A stretch of DNA of 64,000 nucleotides from Phoronis australis (GCA_002633005.1 NMRA01000304.1:27200-91199), one strand, 5' to 3'. Positions 1-13,410 are shown, counted from the stretch's first letter. Program-made: numbers and translations. The notes: generated by a model not told the origin, from the sequence alone.

Positions 1-185
1 CCCCCCCCCCAAACACTAAAACTGCACGCATTTAAATCTTTTTTCATCCGTATAATTTTAATTACCGGGGTTAATTAATAAACTCACCATTTCCCTACGC
101 TGTTACTGTTTTATTTTTTTTTGCGGCAGCCAAGGGGGGGGGGGGGCCGGGCCCCCTGGGCCCCCCCCCTAAATCCGCCTATGCA
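1..185. mobile_element. Right end of a non-autonomous DNA element (hAT-like MITE family with GGCGGAT(C/T)(C/T)AG termini)
   Basis: GGGGGGGCCGGGCCCCCTGGGCCCCCCCCTAAATCCGCCTATG. The same terminal motif recurs at ~39876, ~41040, ~42605, 45764 and ~46045. Confidence 0.5.
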
Positions 186-1268
186 GCGGGCTCTCTTCAA
201 CAAAAAAAAAAACATTTGTCGTCGTCAGTCGATAAGTAGATAGACTAACACTGAAAGACTGACAGACAGGCAGGCAGACACAATGACAGAAAGATGAAGA
301 AAATGATAAGTACATAATTCCCATAATGCATTTATCACGACTACGTAGTCAACTTTTTTCAAAAATTGAACGAACAAAGTTTATTATGAATTTCATAATA
401 TCTAGGCTGGGTTGCATAAAGCTCCAAAATTATCCGCTGGATAAGTTTGGTTGTTGCATGACGTCAGGTGCATTGTTCAATAAGAACAACGTGACGCCTG
501 ATAATGCGACGTCATTGTTGCTATACGGCGAATACCTTTTATGCAATTGGGCCCTGATGATTATATAAAAGTTGTATTGTAAGCATATGTGTCTAATACA
601 ATGTAAGGCTAATATTATATCACATTCTTTCTTAACTGAAATATTTACTTTAAAACAAGAAATGCACGGTCTATACGTCATTTGTAAATTCTGAATACAC
701 CGACCTCGATCATTGAAGGCAAAGATTAAGTTCCAAACTTAAACTAGGCAAAAACAGTACGTTTTCACCTTGACAGGAATATGATAAGTTATTTTTCTGT
801 TTGATATTCTGTTTTTTTTTTTAAATTTTATGAACGTACGCTTGGTTTCTTTAAACAACTTTGCTGTCAAAAATGCATACATCAGTGTGTGTGTGTCATG
901 TCTGCTTTACCAAATCAAGAATAGGCAACATGTAATTAAAATTTGTACCAAGATCAATATTCTTAAAAAATGCTCGTATATCTGATGACTAGTTACGCAC
1001 ACATCGATTGAGATCATACAAAAAATATCTTTTTGTCAATCGAGTATCTTCAAAATTCCAATATTTATTACAAGAACGAAAATCATAAATTATCTTCAAA
1101 CATCACTAAACTCCCAAACCATGTCACCGTTCATTACTCAATTCGAACTAAATTCACGCATGCCATATTTCAAATCCTGCAGCAGATTTTGGCAATCATC
1201 TCACGCCGATAGATTACCATCCCCAAATCCCAAAACAACATTATAGGTACAGGAGCATTGAATACCTT

Positions 1269-2480
1269 ACAAGAGCAACGCGGAGCGTTGAAATGCGCCC
1301 ACGAATGCACAGCTTAAGGTGTGCTCCTAGGGGTGTTTATTTGGAACATAAAAATGGCAACTAGATGGCGCAAAATATGTCGAATCCATCCGAGAACTTG
1401 TATGTGTCATCAAAGCTATTTACAAAATTTAATAAAAATACATGAAGAAACTTCTGCGAAAACATACGAAAATGAAAAACTGAAATTGCCATTAAGAGGC
1501 TATAAACGCAAAAAAAAACATTCCTGCCACTAAGGGGCGCCAAAGTAGATAAAGTTGTCGAAAAACCATCGTCAGACTTCCTCTTTACATAAGAAACATA
1601 AGTGCCAATTTCCACATCCATCCTTAGAGTGGTTTGGTTGACAGAGGGGCAGACGCCAAATAACAAGACTCGAAAACAGTAAAAATGGCCACAAGGTGGC
1701 GCAAAATGCCTCAAATTTTACCGAAAGTCGAATGATAGCATCATCTCACTAATAGATGCCTAACTGCCAAATTTTATGAAAATCCATTGACGACTCTTTA
1801 AGATTCAGAGGTAAACGTAAAATACTAAAATTGCCACTAGGGGGCACACCAGTAGTCCGATCCGCCCTATATTCGTCATCCACTGTTGTCAACTTCATAT
1901 AAATACAACAGCAAAATTCAATAAAGATCCTGTAGAGCATTTAGGAGATACAGCCATGGGCGCAAAAACAAACAAAACTGCCACTAGGAGGCGCCATAGC
2001 ATTCCAAGTCATCGGGAAATCATCGTCAGCCGCCCTCTTCACAGTAAGAACATATATGCCAACTTTCAAAATCATACTTAGGGCGGTTTGGTTGTTAGAA
2101 CGGCGGACGCCAAAAAACAGACACGAAAACAGTAAAAATGGCCACTAGGTGGCGCAAAGTACCCCCAAATCCGTCCAAAAATGGGAGGATGGCATCATCT
2201 CACTAACAGATGTCTAACTACCAAATTTTATGAAAATCCGTTGAGAACATCCGAAGATACAGAGGTAAGCCTTACAAAACTAAAATTGCCACTAGAGGGC
2301 ACATCGGTAGTCGGAGAGGTACAAAATTCGTCGCCGTCCGTCGTCAGCTTCATAGGAACACAGCTGCCAAATATCATCAAGATCCTGTGAGGGGTTTAGG
2401 AGATGCAACTGCGGACACCGGACGCCCAGACAGAGATGACGGCAATATGCGACCACATATAAATATGTGGGCGCATAAAA
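1269..2480 (+). mobile_element. Helentron-associated non-autonomous element (HINE/DINE-1-like) with internal tandem repeats
   Basis: 5' hairpin CAACGC-GGA-GCGTTG. Subterminal inverted repeat ATGCGCCCAC (1293-1302) / GTGGGCGCAT (2467-2476). 3' hairpin ATGCGACCACATAT-AA-ATATGTGGGCGCAT followed by an A-run. Recurring internal AAAATGGCCACTAGGTGGCGC / AAATTGCCACTAGGGGGC units. Confidence 0.65.
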
Positions 2481-3539
2481 ATGAAATGTATTAAATTGCT
2501 GCAAATCTGTACATGTAACTATTCCGTTTTTCTGTACATAGTTAAAAGATACCAAAGAGTAAATTCTACTATCAAATAGCTAACTTATTTGTATGTGTAG
2601 CCTACAACTACACTTCGAGCTTGAGCCCGAACATGGTTACTTTGGTTATTGTTCATTCTCACAAAGGTTCTACGAGTATTGGTGTAATAACTGGCACATT
2701 TGTAAATAAAGCTGATGGGCTATCCGGGGTTCTTTAGAGTTAGCATTCATGTACTAATTTTGCATACGTTGTTCGTGTTGTAGGAGCGCTATTCTATGAG
2801 TGGACACGGGAAATCAGTAGCAGGAATTGTAAAGCACTTCGGAAGTAACAGTTCTTAGCCAAACGTCTTCGCTGGTGACTGTCACTTATTAGAATCATTA
2901 TTTTGGCAAAACTCGTGATAATATGCCGGCGGTAGCGAGTTCTCATTCGGGCATAAAAAGAAAACGTCGAATTTGCAATTCAAAGGAATTTTTGAAGGTG
3001 ATTGAAAATCTTGAGATCTTGATTCAATAATTTCTTGATTTCCTTTTTGCTTAGGTAGCAGGATAGGTGAAGACAAGGAATGAGTTTGACCGGCAGATAT
3101 GATTTTCATTGGCGGCTCAAGTGGACCAAGCCAAACCCTTGTAGGGTCGACAACCTACTCCGGCCGTCACCCCACCTCGGACGACATTCCACCCCGATAG
3201 CCGACAGTTCTGCGCTTCCCAGAGCCCCCACTCGAGTTCGTTGCAAAAATTCCCTTGTGGCCGCAGCTCATGTTAGGACTCCGTACCCGTCGCCACCAAT
3301 GTCGCGTTTGGTCCGCCTAATACATACTTATGGCTTAGCTACATTCATGTCCTCGAATTGATATTCAGTGAACGCAGCTAATTCGCATGGTTTCAAATAA
3401 AACTGCGTCTGCACTTGTTTACTCAGAAAAGGACAAAATTAAAACTGGCCTCTTAGAAAATTTATCTCGATGCGTTTCTTGTCAAAACGCCATTCCTGTT
3501 ATCGCGAAGTACATGCAGGGATTCCACGAATTGAGAAGC

Positions 3540-3871
3540 TTAGGGTTGTGCAGGACCGTATCGGCAAGTCTTTGTATTTAGCAAAACATAAAAACTACAG
3601 CTTTTAACTCAGTAAAAGTTATATGGTCTGAAAGCCGAAAACCTTTAGAATTTCATTTTGACATACTAATTAGTAAAATTTATCAAAAGTTACAGAGATA
3701 ACAAAGCCACAGTACCAACAACATAACAAAATTTTGATGAATCAAAATGATCCAGGTGAAGTCTCAAAGAAGCTGTTACAGTTTTCTAAAATATCATTTC
3801 TCTTTCGATTTTTGCAACGTTTGAGCTTTTTTCAATAAAATCGCAAAACTTATATATTTGATCGCCCTTAA
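3540..3871 (+). mobile_element. Partial copy of a ~550-bp MITE family (other copies 23480-24019 and 25423-25967)
   Basis: Shared internal blocks (TTTAACTCAGTAAAAGT, TCTCAAAGAAGCTGTTACAGTTT, AAATATCAT.TC) and (T)AAGG...CCTTA(A)-type ends. Confidence 0.5.
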
Positions 3872-5959
3872 TTCATTAGTGGAACAAGTGGTAAAGCTGG
3901 ACTGTGCCATACTCAATAGTGCAATGCGTTATCGCGACTACCATGCATCGTGGATTGGTATCTCATTCCGCCCAGTCTAATTTTGCTCTTGGGAAGAAGG
4001 ATAAGTTGCACGAGTGAGACTTGCAGACAATGTTGAAAGCATAATATTTTCTACGTAAGCTAACACATTACCAGGATCCTGGTAATGTTTTCCTGCTTTT
4101 GGTCATACATGCCCGCATATGAAACTGCTGTAAGGATAGTAAACACCGCATTACGGGTTTTGAATCAAGTTGTTACTTTCGGCATAGAAGACAATCCATA
4201 GGCTATATCTCATGTTGTAAACCAATACTCAATATTCGAGTTATCCTAGCACTAAATTCATCGGATGTTCACTGTTCTCGATTAAAACTGAAACGAGTTC
4301 GACATTTACATTATCAGTAAGCATATACACTTATCATTATACACACCTACTACACTCACCAGATCGGTTATGATTGTATGGTCGTCTGTTAGGGTTCTCC
4401 TCTGAAAATTTAACTACGTCCCTTTCCAGCGGCCGTTTCTCTTTAACACTCGCCCAATAACCTGATTCTGTCATCATGAAAAGAAAGGATATGAAGAGGC
4501 CAGTTGTGGCGATCAGTGTAATAAAAGTTATCAGAAATACATCATAAACTCGCATCATTTGAAAGCGTTTGCACATAGTTCACCGACGGAGTAAGTTCAA
4601 GTTTATTGCCGACACAACATTAATCAAATTTTATTCCGATAAATAACGTAAGGAGCATTGCATCATGATAAGCGTCTGCTCTATGGCCATAAATCTTTGT
4701 ACAGCTCGCGGCCAGTAGGTCACTAATGGTGTCGCCGTATGAATAACTACATTCGCGCGAATTTTCGTCTCCCATATAGCAGCTTCTCACCTCACTGCAC
4801 AATAGACATCCGTGTTTAAATACGGTAATTTGTTGAGCTGGTGAAAATTGAACAACTCTGCTCACTGCAACGTCCAGATCGCCCTTGTGCACAAAAAGTC
4901 TCATGATGGGGTGAACGCTATCAATGTCATCCCGCGCACAGCTTTATATAAACCACTTGCAGTCCTTCACAGTTTGACAGATGAACACTTGGGCCGTGAC
5001 TATTATTATTATTGACATTGGTCCTAGGACGGTGATAACTGCAGAGTTTAGAACCCTAGAAGAAGACGATGACAGTTTTCGTAGTAACTGCAACACGCAC
5101 CATTTCCCTAACAGCCTGCTGACCTGGTACACGACAGACTCCCCGTCTAGCTGGCTATGTGGGTCTACCTTCACACTGGACCTCGTGCCCTGAATGGAGA
5201 ATCTTGACTAAACACTTTGACCTACATTCTATTGTTGCTGACATCACACGGATGGTGTAAAATTAGCCACAGGTCACGAGAGATCATGAACCAGAAAGCC
5301 CTGATGAGTGGCGAATTTATGTGGAAAATAAATCTCTGTGTCCGACGTTGAATCAACTCTTTATTTATAACCTGTTTGTATTGATTATTTACGAAATATA
5401 AGAATTAAGGTGAAAGCGTTCAGAAAATGTAAGCTGTTGTGGTCACGGTTGCTTGGCCTAAATGCGGCTATCTAATTCAAAATGTGACCATGATGACCAC
5501 GCGACAAATAAGTTAGTCAAATAAACCGATTTTTGTCCTTCAATTGTCTAATTGTTTTTCAGCGAACTCCCTGGTCAATATTGGTCAGAACGGCATCTAA
5601 TGAATCACGTAGCAAGAAAAATCGAAATTGTTCGACCATTAATATTTTTTGTCTTTCTTAATAAGAACCGAATCCCGATTCCTTTCGAGGGAAAAATTAA
5701 CGCCCGAGTTCAGTCAGCACTGCCAGGCGTATTTCACGCTTCAGTTGCACCCATTAAAGGGTTATTATATGACGTTATCCGGGACAGTCAGGCCTGGCCA
5801 ATACACACTCTAATGGGATTACATAAGCCAACGGTCGCACCTCGGTCGTCGGTAAAGGGCGCTAGCGTTGGTTCTGTTATGCGTTCAGTTGCAAGGGGAT
5901 CCGTTGTCGCCATACCCTATTATTCCATGTGCAGGGATTATGGGCTGGCTCTTTAGACT

Positions 5960-7600
5960 AGACAACAGTGTAAAAAGGTATCCGGGTAGGATCGGTGGAA
6001 TACAAACTGATCATGTATGCAGATGATACGGTTATATCTTTAGATGGCTCGGAGCAGTCTCTGCGGAAAACACTTCACATTTTAAACCAATTTGCAAAAT
6101 ATTCTGGTCTAAAGCTTAATCTGGAAAAAACAATTTGTATTTGAATAGGTTCTATGAAGGGTATCTATCAAAAATGTGTTGGGACATAAAACTGAAATGC
6201 CTACATCATAATTCGCTTTACTTGATAATTCATTCTCTAGTGATTTAAATAAAATCCCCGACATTAATTTTAACAGCAAGCTTGGTGAAATAAAGAAGAC
6301 TATAGACATGTGGGGAAAAACTTGACACTTTTTGGAAGAATAACAGTTGTGAAATCGATGATAACGCCAAAACTCGTCCTCTTCACAGGACTTCCTGAAG
6401 TAACTGAACAAAATGTTCTACTGTTTTCGGTATGGAACGGTAAAACGGAATAAACTTGTCGTAAGATTATGGCTCAAGAGTATAATGTTGGTCACTTCTT
6501 TTCTGAAAGCCATTAAATTAACGTGGTTTCGTAGACTACTAAGTTTGTCAAAGTACTACAAGTCCATAGGCAGTTTTAGCAAATGGTTTGTTATCAAGAG
6601 TTTCAAAGAATTACTTACTGTTCGGGGATTTCTATTTCCATTGAAAGAGGCCTTTCAATGTGTACATGAATTCAGATTGTTCGTTAACGAAAACGTTGGT
6701 ATTCATCAGCCTCTTTGGTTTAATTCCAATAATGTTACAGTATATTATAGTAATAGGCAAAAAGCCTGTTTTCTATAAACAAATACAATCTTCCTTTATT
6801 TGTACACATGGCCATCGGCCCAAACAACGGTTTCAAAAAGGCATAACTCATGTACACGACTTATTCTGATGGTTGTTTTCTTAATTATGAGGAGTTTATA
6901 CAGAAATATGATTTTACCCCTCAAACGACTATTTTATGGTCTACGAAGATCATTGTATGCTAGCTAAAGACAGCTCAGAGAGTGAAAGTATCAGGTAATT
7001 TTATCCCGTCGTCCTCGATACATCGAGGTTATTTTGAGAGATGTCAAAGTAGTAAATAAAATGTCCCACGTTATTGTCTCTCAAATTTGGGAAAAAACAA
7101 AGTTTCAACTAAAGTGGAGACAAAAATTAAATCTCCCGAATACAACAGTATGGTGATACAATGTTTTATTCCTATATCTATTTGTTCGCTGAAGATGTTT
7201 CTCTGAGATGGTTCCAGTTTAGGCTGGTTCACAGAAGTATAGACTGTCATTGTGCACTTTTTGCTTAGATGAAAGTGAATCTATTTTCCCTGTGTACTCA
7301 GGGTCTCGCAGTGTTACTCAGCATTTTCGGACTAGTGTAAATAACTGGCTGGAAGATGCTGTTGGACATAGTATAAAGCTGTTCTTACAATCAATTCTGT
7401 TTGGTGTTCAGATGGAAGCGGTTTTACAAAGTATGGTTCTTTGCCTCGGCATGAACCACATTTATAAACAAAGGTGAAAGTGCGAAAATTCCTGCCTTGC
7501 ACTGCTTAAAAAGGAAGTTGCAGTGTACATTTCCACTGAACGGTATATATACATAAAGAATGAAATATGGTGAATTTATAGAGCGCTAGCAATGTCTTAA
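5960..7600 (+). mobile_element. Degenerate 5'-truncated L1/Tx1-clade LINE (ORF2 RT C-terminal half and Cys motif)
   Basis: Reads LIMYADDTVISLDGSEQSLRKTLHILNQFAKYSGLKLNLEKT (YADD at 6016-6027). Later fragments QPLWFNSN, LRWFQFRLVHR and CTFCLDESESI. Many stops and frameshifts. Confidence 0.85.
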
Positions 7601-8054
7601 CCTTTATTTTTATGTTAAATTACCTTTGTACATATCAGCACTGTAAGTTGACCTTAATTGATCCTTGACTAAACAAAAAATATTGTATTGTGTAATTGTG
7701 TGATCTGTACCGTACCTATTATATTGAAAAAAGATAAAAAATATAGCATAGAATGCAAATTCCATGACTTTGGCGTGATATAATCTCAGGCCATTGTTAC
7801 AAGTAATTATTGTCACCACAAGTAAAAACAATTTATGACAATCATCAAAAGAAGAAAACAGCTTTTGCGTACCGGTATAATCACAGATCAAACTGGTCGT
7901 TTGCTTTTTGTGCAAAATGGTGAAACAACGTCTTCACTGGACTTGTCTGAGAGTTGAAATAAAAAGGTAACGTTTCGTCGGCCACCAGGAGGCACCTGTC
8001 GTCTTAGACAAACAGCGGGGAACTTTGAACGATACCCGCCTCCCGTTCAGTAAC

Positions 8055-8159
8055 GCTAGGACCTCTCTAAAAGCAAGACTTCGCGAGATTACGTGAGATA
8101 TTCCCGTGTATTTTAAATGAGAACACGTGACCTTGACTAGACTTTAGCTAGGTCCTAGC
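8055..8159. mobile_element. Short hairpin MITE with GCTAGGACCT...AGGTCCTAGC termini
   Basis: Terminal inverted repeats. The core AAAAGCAAGACTTCGCGAGAT...TTTTAAATGAGAACAC recurs at ~56095-56170 and ~60915-60995. Confidence 0.6.
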
Positions 8160-8199
8160 GTAGGTCCTAGCCTCTACTGACAGGTCCCACGTATTTTCA

Positions 8200-8650
8200 A
8201 CTTTAAGAGAAGGCGAGGCAAGACGACACCCGAGAACAAATGTGTGCACCTTCTCCAATACAGATACCGCATTTGTGGCATGAAATTTGGAAATGTGACG
8301 GGTGATCAGACTCTGCTTAGCGGCGTCTTCTCTTGCTAGTGTAGCTGCAGTTGCTGCTGGTATCTCAGCCATCGATATCCACCCTATCTCGGTCGTCTTT
8401 GCCCTCAATCCTTGTTTCAGTGACATGAACCAATGAGCGTGCTGGAAATGCTCTGCTGCCGACCTCAATTGGAAAGTCCAGAAATTTCCAATGTTTTGAC
8501 ACACACCATCACCTCTAAGTTCGTAATACTTCAATTTCTTGCGTTGGTGCGCCTCTTCCACTTCTCGTCTGCTGCGGCCTGGTTGCAGCCTTGTCTGTAC
8601 TGTGTCTTGGAAACCACACGCTTGTCTAACGTGTCCCTGGTCTTGATTGC
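8200..8650 (-). mobile_element. Degenerate 3' fragment of an RLE-type non-LTR retrotransposon (Hero/NeSL-like restriction-like endonuclease)
   Basis: VEEAHQRKKLKYYEL and, after a frameshift, FPIEVGSRAFPARSL resemble the EEAxERKxxKYxxL...PVEVGCRGF motif of RLE domains. Confidence 0.55.
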
Positions 8651-8894
8651 CGCTGTCTTACTTTTCACTACATGTAGGTAGAATTTTGTGAAATGAAGGA
8701 CCATAAATTATTTTTAGAGAAATTAGGACTAGCGCATATTGAAACGTCATGTTTCAATCTGCGAAATGTAATTGGTAAGAACAACTATTTTCTAAACGTG
8801 TCAAGGGAATTTGATTTGGTTAGTACTAACACATTGAACAAAAAATGTTTGATTGTTCTAAAACCCCCACCACCCCATCGACCCACAACCCCCN

Positions 8895-11703
8895 CAGAGT
8901 ACTGTTGTTCCTGGGTTTTCTTCAATTTTATTCTTATTCTTATTCTTATTACTCTGCGCGTGTAAGCGCAGAGTACTGTTGTTCCTGGGTTTTCTTCAAT
9001 TTTATTCTTATTCTTATTCTTATTACTCTGCGCGTGTAAGCGCAGAGTACTGTTGTTTCTGGGTTTTCTTCAATTTTATTCTTCTTCTTCTTATTCTTCT
9101 TCCGACCAACTTTGAGGCTTAATAACTCCAAATTGGGTGCAGGTACGGTCTTTAAATTCAGCATATGACTTTTGACAGTAAATAAATTTTGATTGGTTAT
9201 ATAATCATATTCCATATTGCACGGGAAGAGGTCGTTTGGTGCAAAGGTCATATAATTTTCAAAATGCTACTCCTCCTTCAGTTTTAAAGCTATCTTTTTC
9301 AATTTCGGTGCACAGGTATAAGTCAACATGACAATTTAAAAAATTACTTTTCTAAGTAATCGGGTCATCCAATCAGGTGAAATAGGTCAAAGGTCATTAG
9401 GTGAAAACTAAAATTTTCAGGTAGACATTTCAAATTAACAGGTCTGATTGGCACGGGAAATTCAATTCGGAATCCAAAGTTTCAGGTCATTTAGTGCAAA
9501 CATGGGGTCATTAGGTGCATTTTTCTTCTGAAATTTTGACCTTTTCATTCAGCAAGTATTCTGATGTGTCAACCGTCAGACAACTGTGATTCTCAGCATT
9601 AAACATGTTTTTCATGGGCTTTGCATTAATTCTCCTTAAGATGCTTATAATATAAAAAATAATTGCAGGCGGTCTGATACACGTTGTACCAGACGTGCGC
9701 AGGCCTCACATGTGGGCCCATTGCACTGATCACCTGGAAATATTTTTATGCTTTATTAATATATGGTTAAAACCGAGCTGAGGAGCTAGAAACCTGGCTC
9801 AAGGGTTTAGCAGTGTGACCTGGTGGGACTCGAACCCACGACCTCGAGTAAAGAAAGCGGGCACTTATCAACCAGGCCGCACTGCCTCCTCTAGATGCTT
9901 ATAATGCACTGGATAGGGTCAATTAGTGCAAAGGTCATGTAACGTTCAAAATGTTATATCTCTTACGTTTTTCAAGGAATTCTTTTCAATTTCAGCACAC
10001 TTGGGTAAGTCAACATGCCAATTGAATACCCTACTTTACTTCGCAATAGGACTAACCAATCAGAAAAAAATAGGTCAAAGGTCATTGAGTGCAAACTAAA
10101 ATTTTGAGCTAGAGACTTCAAAATTGCATATCTGTTTACTAAGTGCGATTGAATTTGAATTCTAAGTTTTCAGGTCATTTGGTGCACCCATGGGGTCATT
10201 AGGTGCATTTTTCTTCTGAAAGTGACCAAATCATTCATCTTGTATTCTGAAGTGCTTAAAGTAAAACATCTGTGATTTTTAGCATTAACCACACTTTTAA
10301 GCGAGTTAGCAATTACTCCCTCATCGGGGCTCATAATGCACCGGAAGAGGTCAATTAGTGGAAAGGTCATCAAAAATAAATATGTAATTTCTCCTACAAT
10401 TTTAAAGAATTCCTTTTCATATTGGTAAACGGGTTGCTAGGAGTAACTTCCCATAATAATTCCAGTAATACGCACGCGCAGAGTCCGTTATTGTCACACC
10501 GTGACAATAATCTTTCTAGTTCTTCTTATTCTTCTTCCGACCAACTTTGAGGCTTAATAACTCCAAATTGGATGCAGGTACGGTTTTTAAATTCAGCATA
10601 TGACTTTTGACAGTATATAAATTTTGATTGGTTATATAATCATATTCCATATTGCATCGGAAGAGGTCGTTTAGTGCAAAGGTCATATAATTTTCAAAAC
10701 GCTACTCCTCCTTCAGTTTTAAAGCTATCTTTTTCAAATTCGGTGCACAGATATAAGTCAACATGACAATTAAAAAAATTACTTTTCTAAATAATCGGGT
10801 CATCCAATCAGGTGAAATAGGTCAAAGGTGATTAGGTGCAAACTAAAATTTTGAGGTAGACACTTCAAATTGACAGGTCTCATAGCCACAGGTAAATCAA
10901 ATCGGAATCCAAAGTGTCAGGTCATTTAGTGCAAACATGGGGTCATTAGGTGCATTTTTCTTCTGAAAATTTGACCTTTTCAATCAGCAAATATTCTGAT
11001 GTGTCAGCTCTTAGACAACTGTGATTCTCAGCGTTAAACACATTTTCCATGGGTTTGCAATAATTCTCCAAAAGATGCTTAAAATGCACCGGGTAAGGTC
11101 AATTTGTGCAAAGGTCATGTAACGTTCAAAATCTTATAACTCTTACGTTTTTCAAGGAATTCTTTTCAATTTCAGCACACTGGTGTAAGTCAACATGCCA
11201 AGTGAATACCCTACTTTACTTCGCAATAGGCTTAACCAATCAGAAAAAATAGGTCAAAGGTCATTGAGTGCAAACTAAAATTTTGTGCTAGAGACTTCAG
11301 AATTACGTATCTGTTTACTAAGTGCAAATGAGTTTGAATTCTAAATTTTCAGGTCATTTGGTGCACCCATGGGGTCATTAGGTGCATTTTTCTTCTGAAA
11401 GTTTGACCACTTCATTCATCTTGTATTCTGAAGTGCTTAAAGTAAAACATCTGTGATTATTAGCATTAACCACACTTTTAATCGAGTTAACAATTACTCC
11501 CTCATCGGGGCTCAAAATGCACCGGAAGAGGTCAATTAGTGGAAAGGTCATCAAAAAATTAATGTGTAATTTCTCCTACAATTTTTAAGAATTCCTTTTC
11601 ATATTTGTAAATGTGTTGCTGTCAGTAACTTTCCATAATAACTCCAGTAATACGCACGCGCAGAGTCCGTTATTGTCACGCCGTGACAATAATCTTTCTA
11701 GTT
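8895..11703 (-). mobile_element. Self-nested Helentron-like (HINE) elements: inner copy ~9020-10521 inside outer copy ~8947-9019 + 10522-11703
   Basis: Stacked left ends with hairpin ACTCTGCGC-GTGTAA-GCGCAGAGT and a (TTATTC)n tract. Two right ends with hairpin TTATTGTCAC-NCC-GTGACAATAA...CTAGTT. Subterminal IR ACTCTGCGCGTG/CACGCGCAGAGT. The ~1.2-kb bodies are clearly homologous. Confidence 0.75.
9652..9892 (-). mobile_element. tRNA-derived SINE
   Basis: Minus strand starts with a tRNA-like head with B-box GGTTCGAGTCCC. 13-bp TSD AGATGCTTATAAT at 9639-9651 and 9893-9905. The homologous site in the outer HINE copy (~11073) is empty. Confidence 0.85.
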
Positions 11704-12344
11704 TCAAACTGTAGTTACTGAGGAAATTACATATTCGTCGGTTCCTCGCACTCTCCCCCAAAAACCTTGAATCTGCCATTCACTGTAGATCAGGTTGAGC
11801 TTGTGTAGACTGGTTCGAGGGGGTTGTGAGCCGTGGGTTGAGGGGTTCGTGGGTCGAGGGGGTTGTGGGGTGTTGGGGTCGAGGGAGGTTTAAAATGATG
11901 CAGAATTTTCCTACCATTCTTTTGGTTTATATTCATTTCACTTAGTGGTGAAAAGCCTTCTGTTGGATCTTCAGCTCAGTTATATTCACTTCATTATTTC
12001 TGCACGTGCTCGCACTCTTGATGTTAATTGGACTGTGGTATGTATGACCTAATTCTACACTTTCCGTGTACGAACTTCCATTACTTTTGGTTTACCCGCC
12101 ACTAACAAAGCAAAACAATCCAAAAATTGGAGTCAAATCTCATCTACTGTTTGATTTCGATCAAAGGCTGGCCCAGAACTAATCACTAACAGAGCATGCT
12201 GTGTGATCAGTCGTGCGAGCGACTCATGAGCGTCGTTGTACTCCTTGGTTTCCTTGCTTTCACTGACGTTCGATGTTCCTTCAATTTCGCCTGGTGTCGC
12301 TCTTCACAGAGCTTTTCTTCTATATGTATAGGTACGCTACAGAA

Positions 12345-12505
12345 GGTGATGATAGTAGCGGTAAATGATGGTGGTTGTGGTGATCATGAATTTGGTTATG
12401 ATGACGGTGGTTGTATTGGTAGTGGTGATGGCGGTGGTGATGGTGGTGGTGGAGCTGATTTCGGTAATGGTGGTTGTGTATGTGATGGTGGTGGTGATGA
12501 TGATG
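12345..12505. repeat. Degenerate (GGT/GAT)n trinucleotide microsatellite
   Basis: Visible GGT/GAT runs. They produce the spurious Gly/Asp-rich and poly-His ORFs. Confidence 0.85.
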
Positions 12506-12914
12506 CGATAGCGAAGGAAAATTGAAAGAATTATTCAAAGTAGGTCATATCCTTCTGTTCCGTTATTTTGCTATAGAATCAGAATCAGAAATGTTTTTGC
12601 ATGCCTTGGCCTCTTAGTATAATTAACTATAAAACTAACAAAAGCTCAGCTTTTAGCAATGTTACTCTTCAAATATAGAACAACAGGTTTTTTAGTTCAC
12701 TGCTTTCATGACTTTGGAATAAGCTAACTATTCTTGCATCGTCTATCATGTTCGTCAGCAAATCTCTGTGCACGTCACCCAGGACAGGGTCGTGACTCAT
12801 AAAATGATAAGCTCGTTTTCACCACTGATGTCTAGTGTTGCAAATGTAATTTTTTTCACCTATGCTAAAGACCTGCGCGCTGCTGCTTCAATTTAAAGCT
12901 TACACACTGAACCA

Positions 12915-13410
12915 CGATTGTAGATGCGCATAGCACCGAATGGGGGGAGGTCGGGAGGGGGGTTTGAAAAAAAAAAACAGAAAAAAAAACAAAAAAAAAC
13001 ACGAAGAACGTGTCAAACAAGGAAAAACTGAACGTACCAAAGACTCGAACTCACGACCTGGCGGAGAGAGAGCGCGTGCGATACCACTACACCAACACGA
13101 TTTCACTACTATTCGCATGCTAAAAGACCTACTTGTTTATGGTCCACAGCGTTTGCGCGCGAAACCTACTTCTTTTCGTAATGCTTATTACACGTTTTAT
13201 ATTTTGTGCCATCAATTCTTAGCAAATTTGTAGTATTTAAAATAGTCTTCAAATGCCCAAAAGACCAAATCCGTTTTTCGTGTTGGCAATAATGACGGGG
13301 TTGCTTTGGAAATCGTCTTAAGATAAGGTTTGACAAAGAGGGTATTGCGAGTTTCTGAGTGATTCACTAAGGCTTCGATTAAAATTCACATCTTAACAGC
13401 AGCTTCTGTT
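12915..13410 (-). mobile_element. Interspersed repeat with an internal tRNA-like Pol III cassette (second copy ~40455-40985, plus)
   Basis: A-box TGGTGTAGTGG and B-box GTTCGAGTC at ~13040-13098 (minus). Homology to 40455-40985 extends ~300 bp upstream of the tRNA-like part, e.g. GATTTCCAAAGCAAC..GTCATTATTGCCAACAC. Confidence 0.7.

Noticed and set aside
5552-5956. 134-aa plus-strand ORF
   Set aside because: Non-ATG start and no recognisable domain. At most its 3' part is decayed LINE sequence.
9810-9892. tRNA gene candidate
   Set aside because: It is the head of a SINE bounded by a TSD, and no convincing cloverleaf forms.
12196-12538. Poly-His and Gly/Asp-rich ORFs
   Set aside because: They are translations of a (GGT/GAT)n microsatellite with no splice or domain support.
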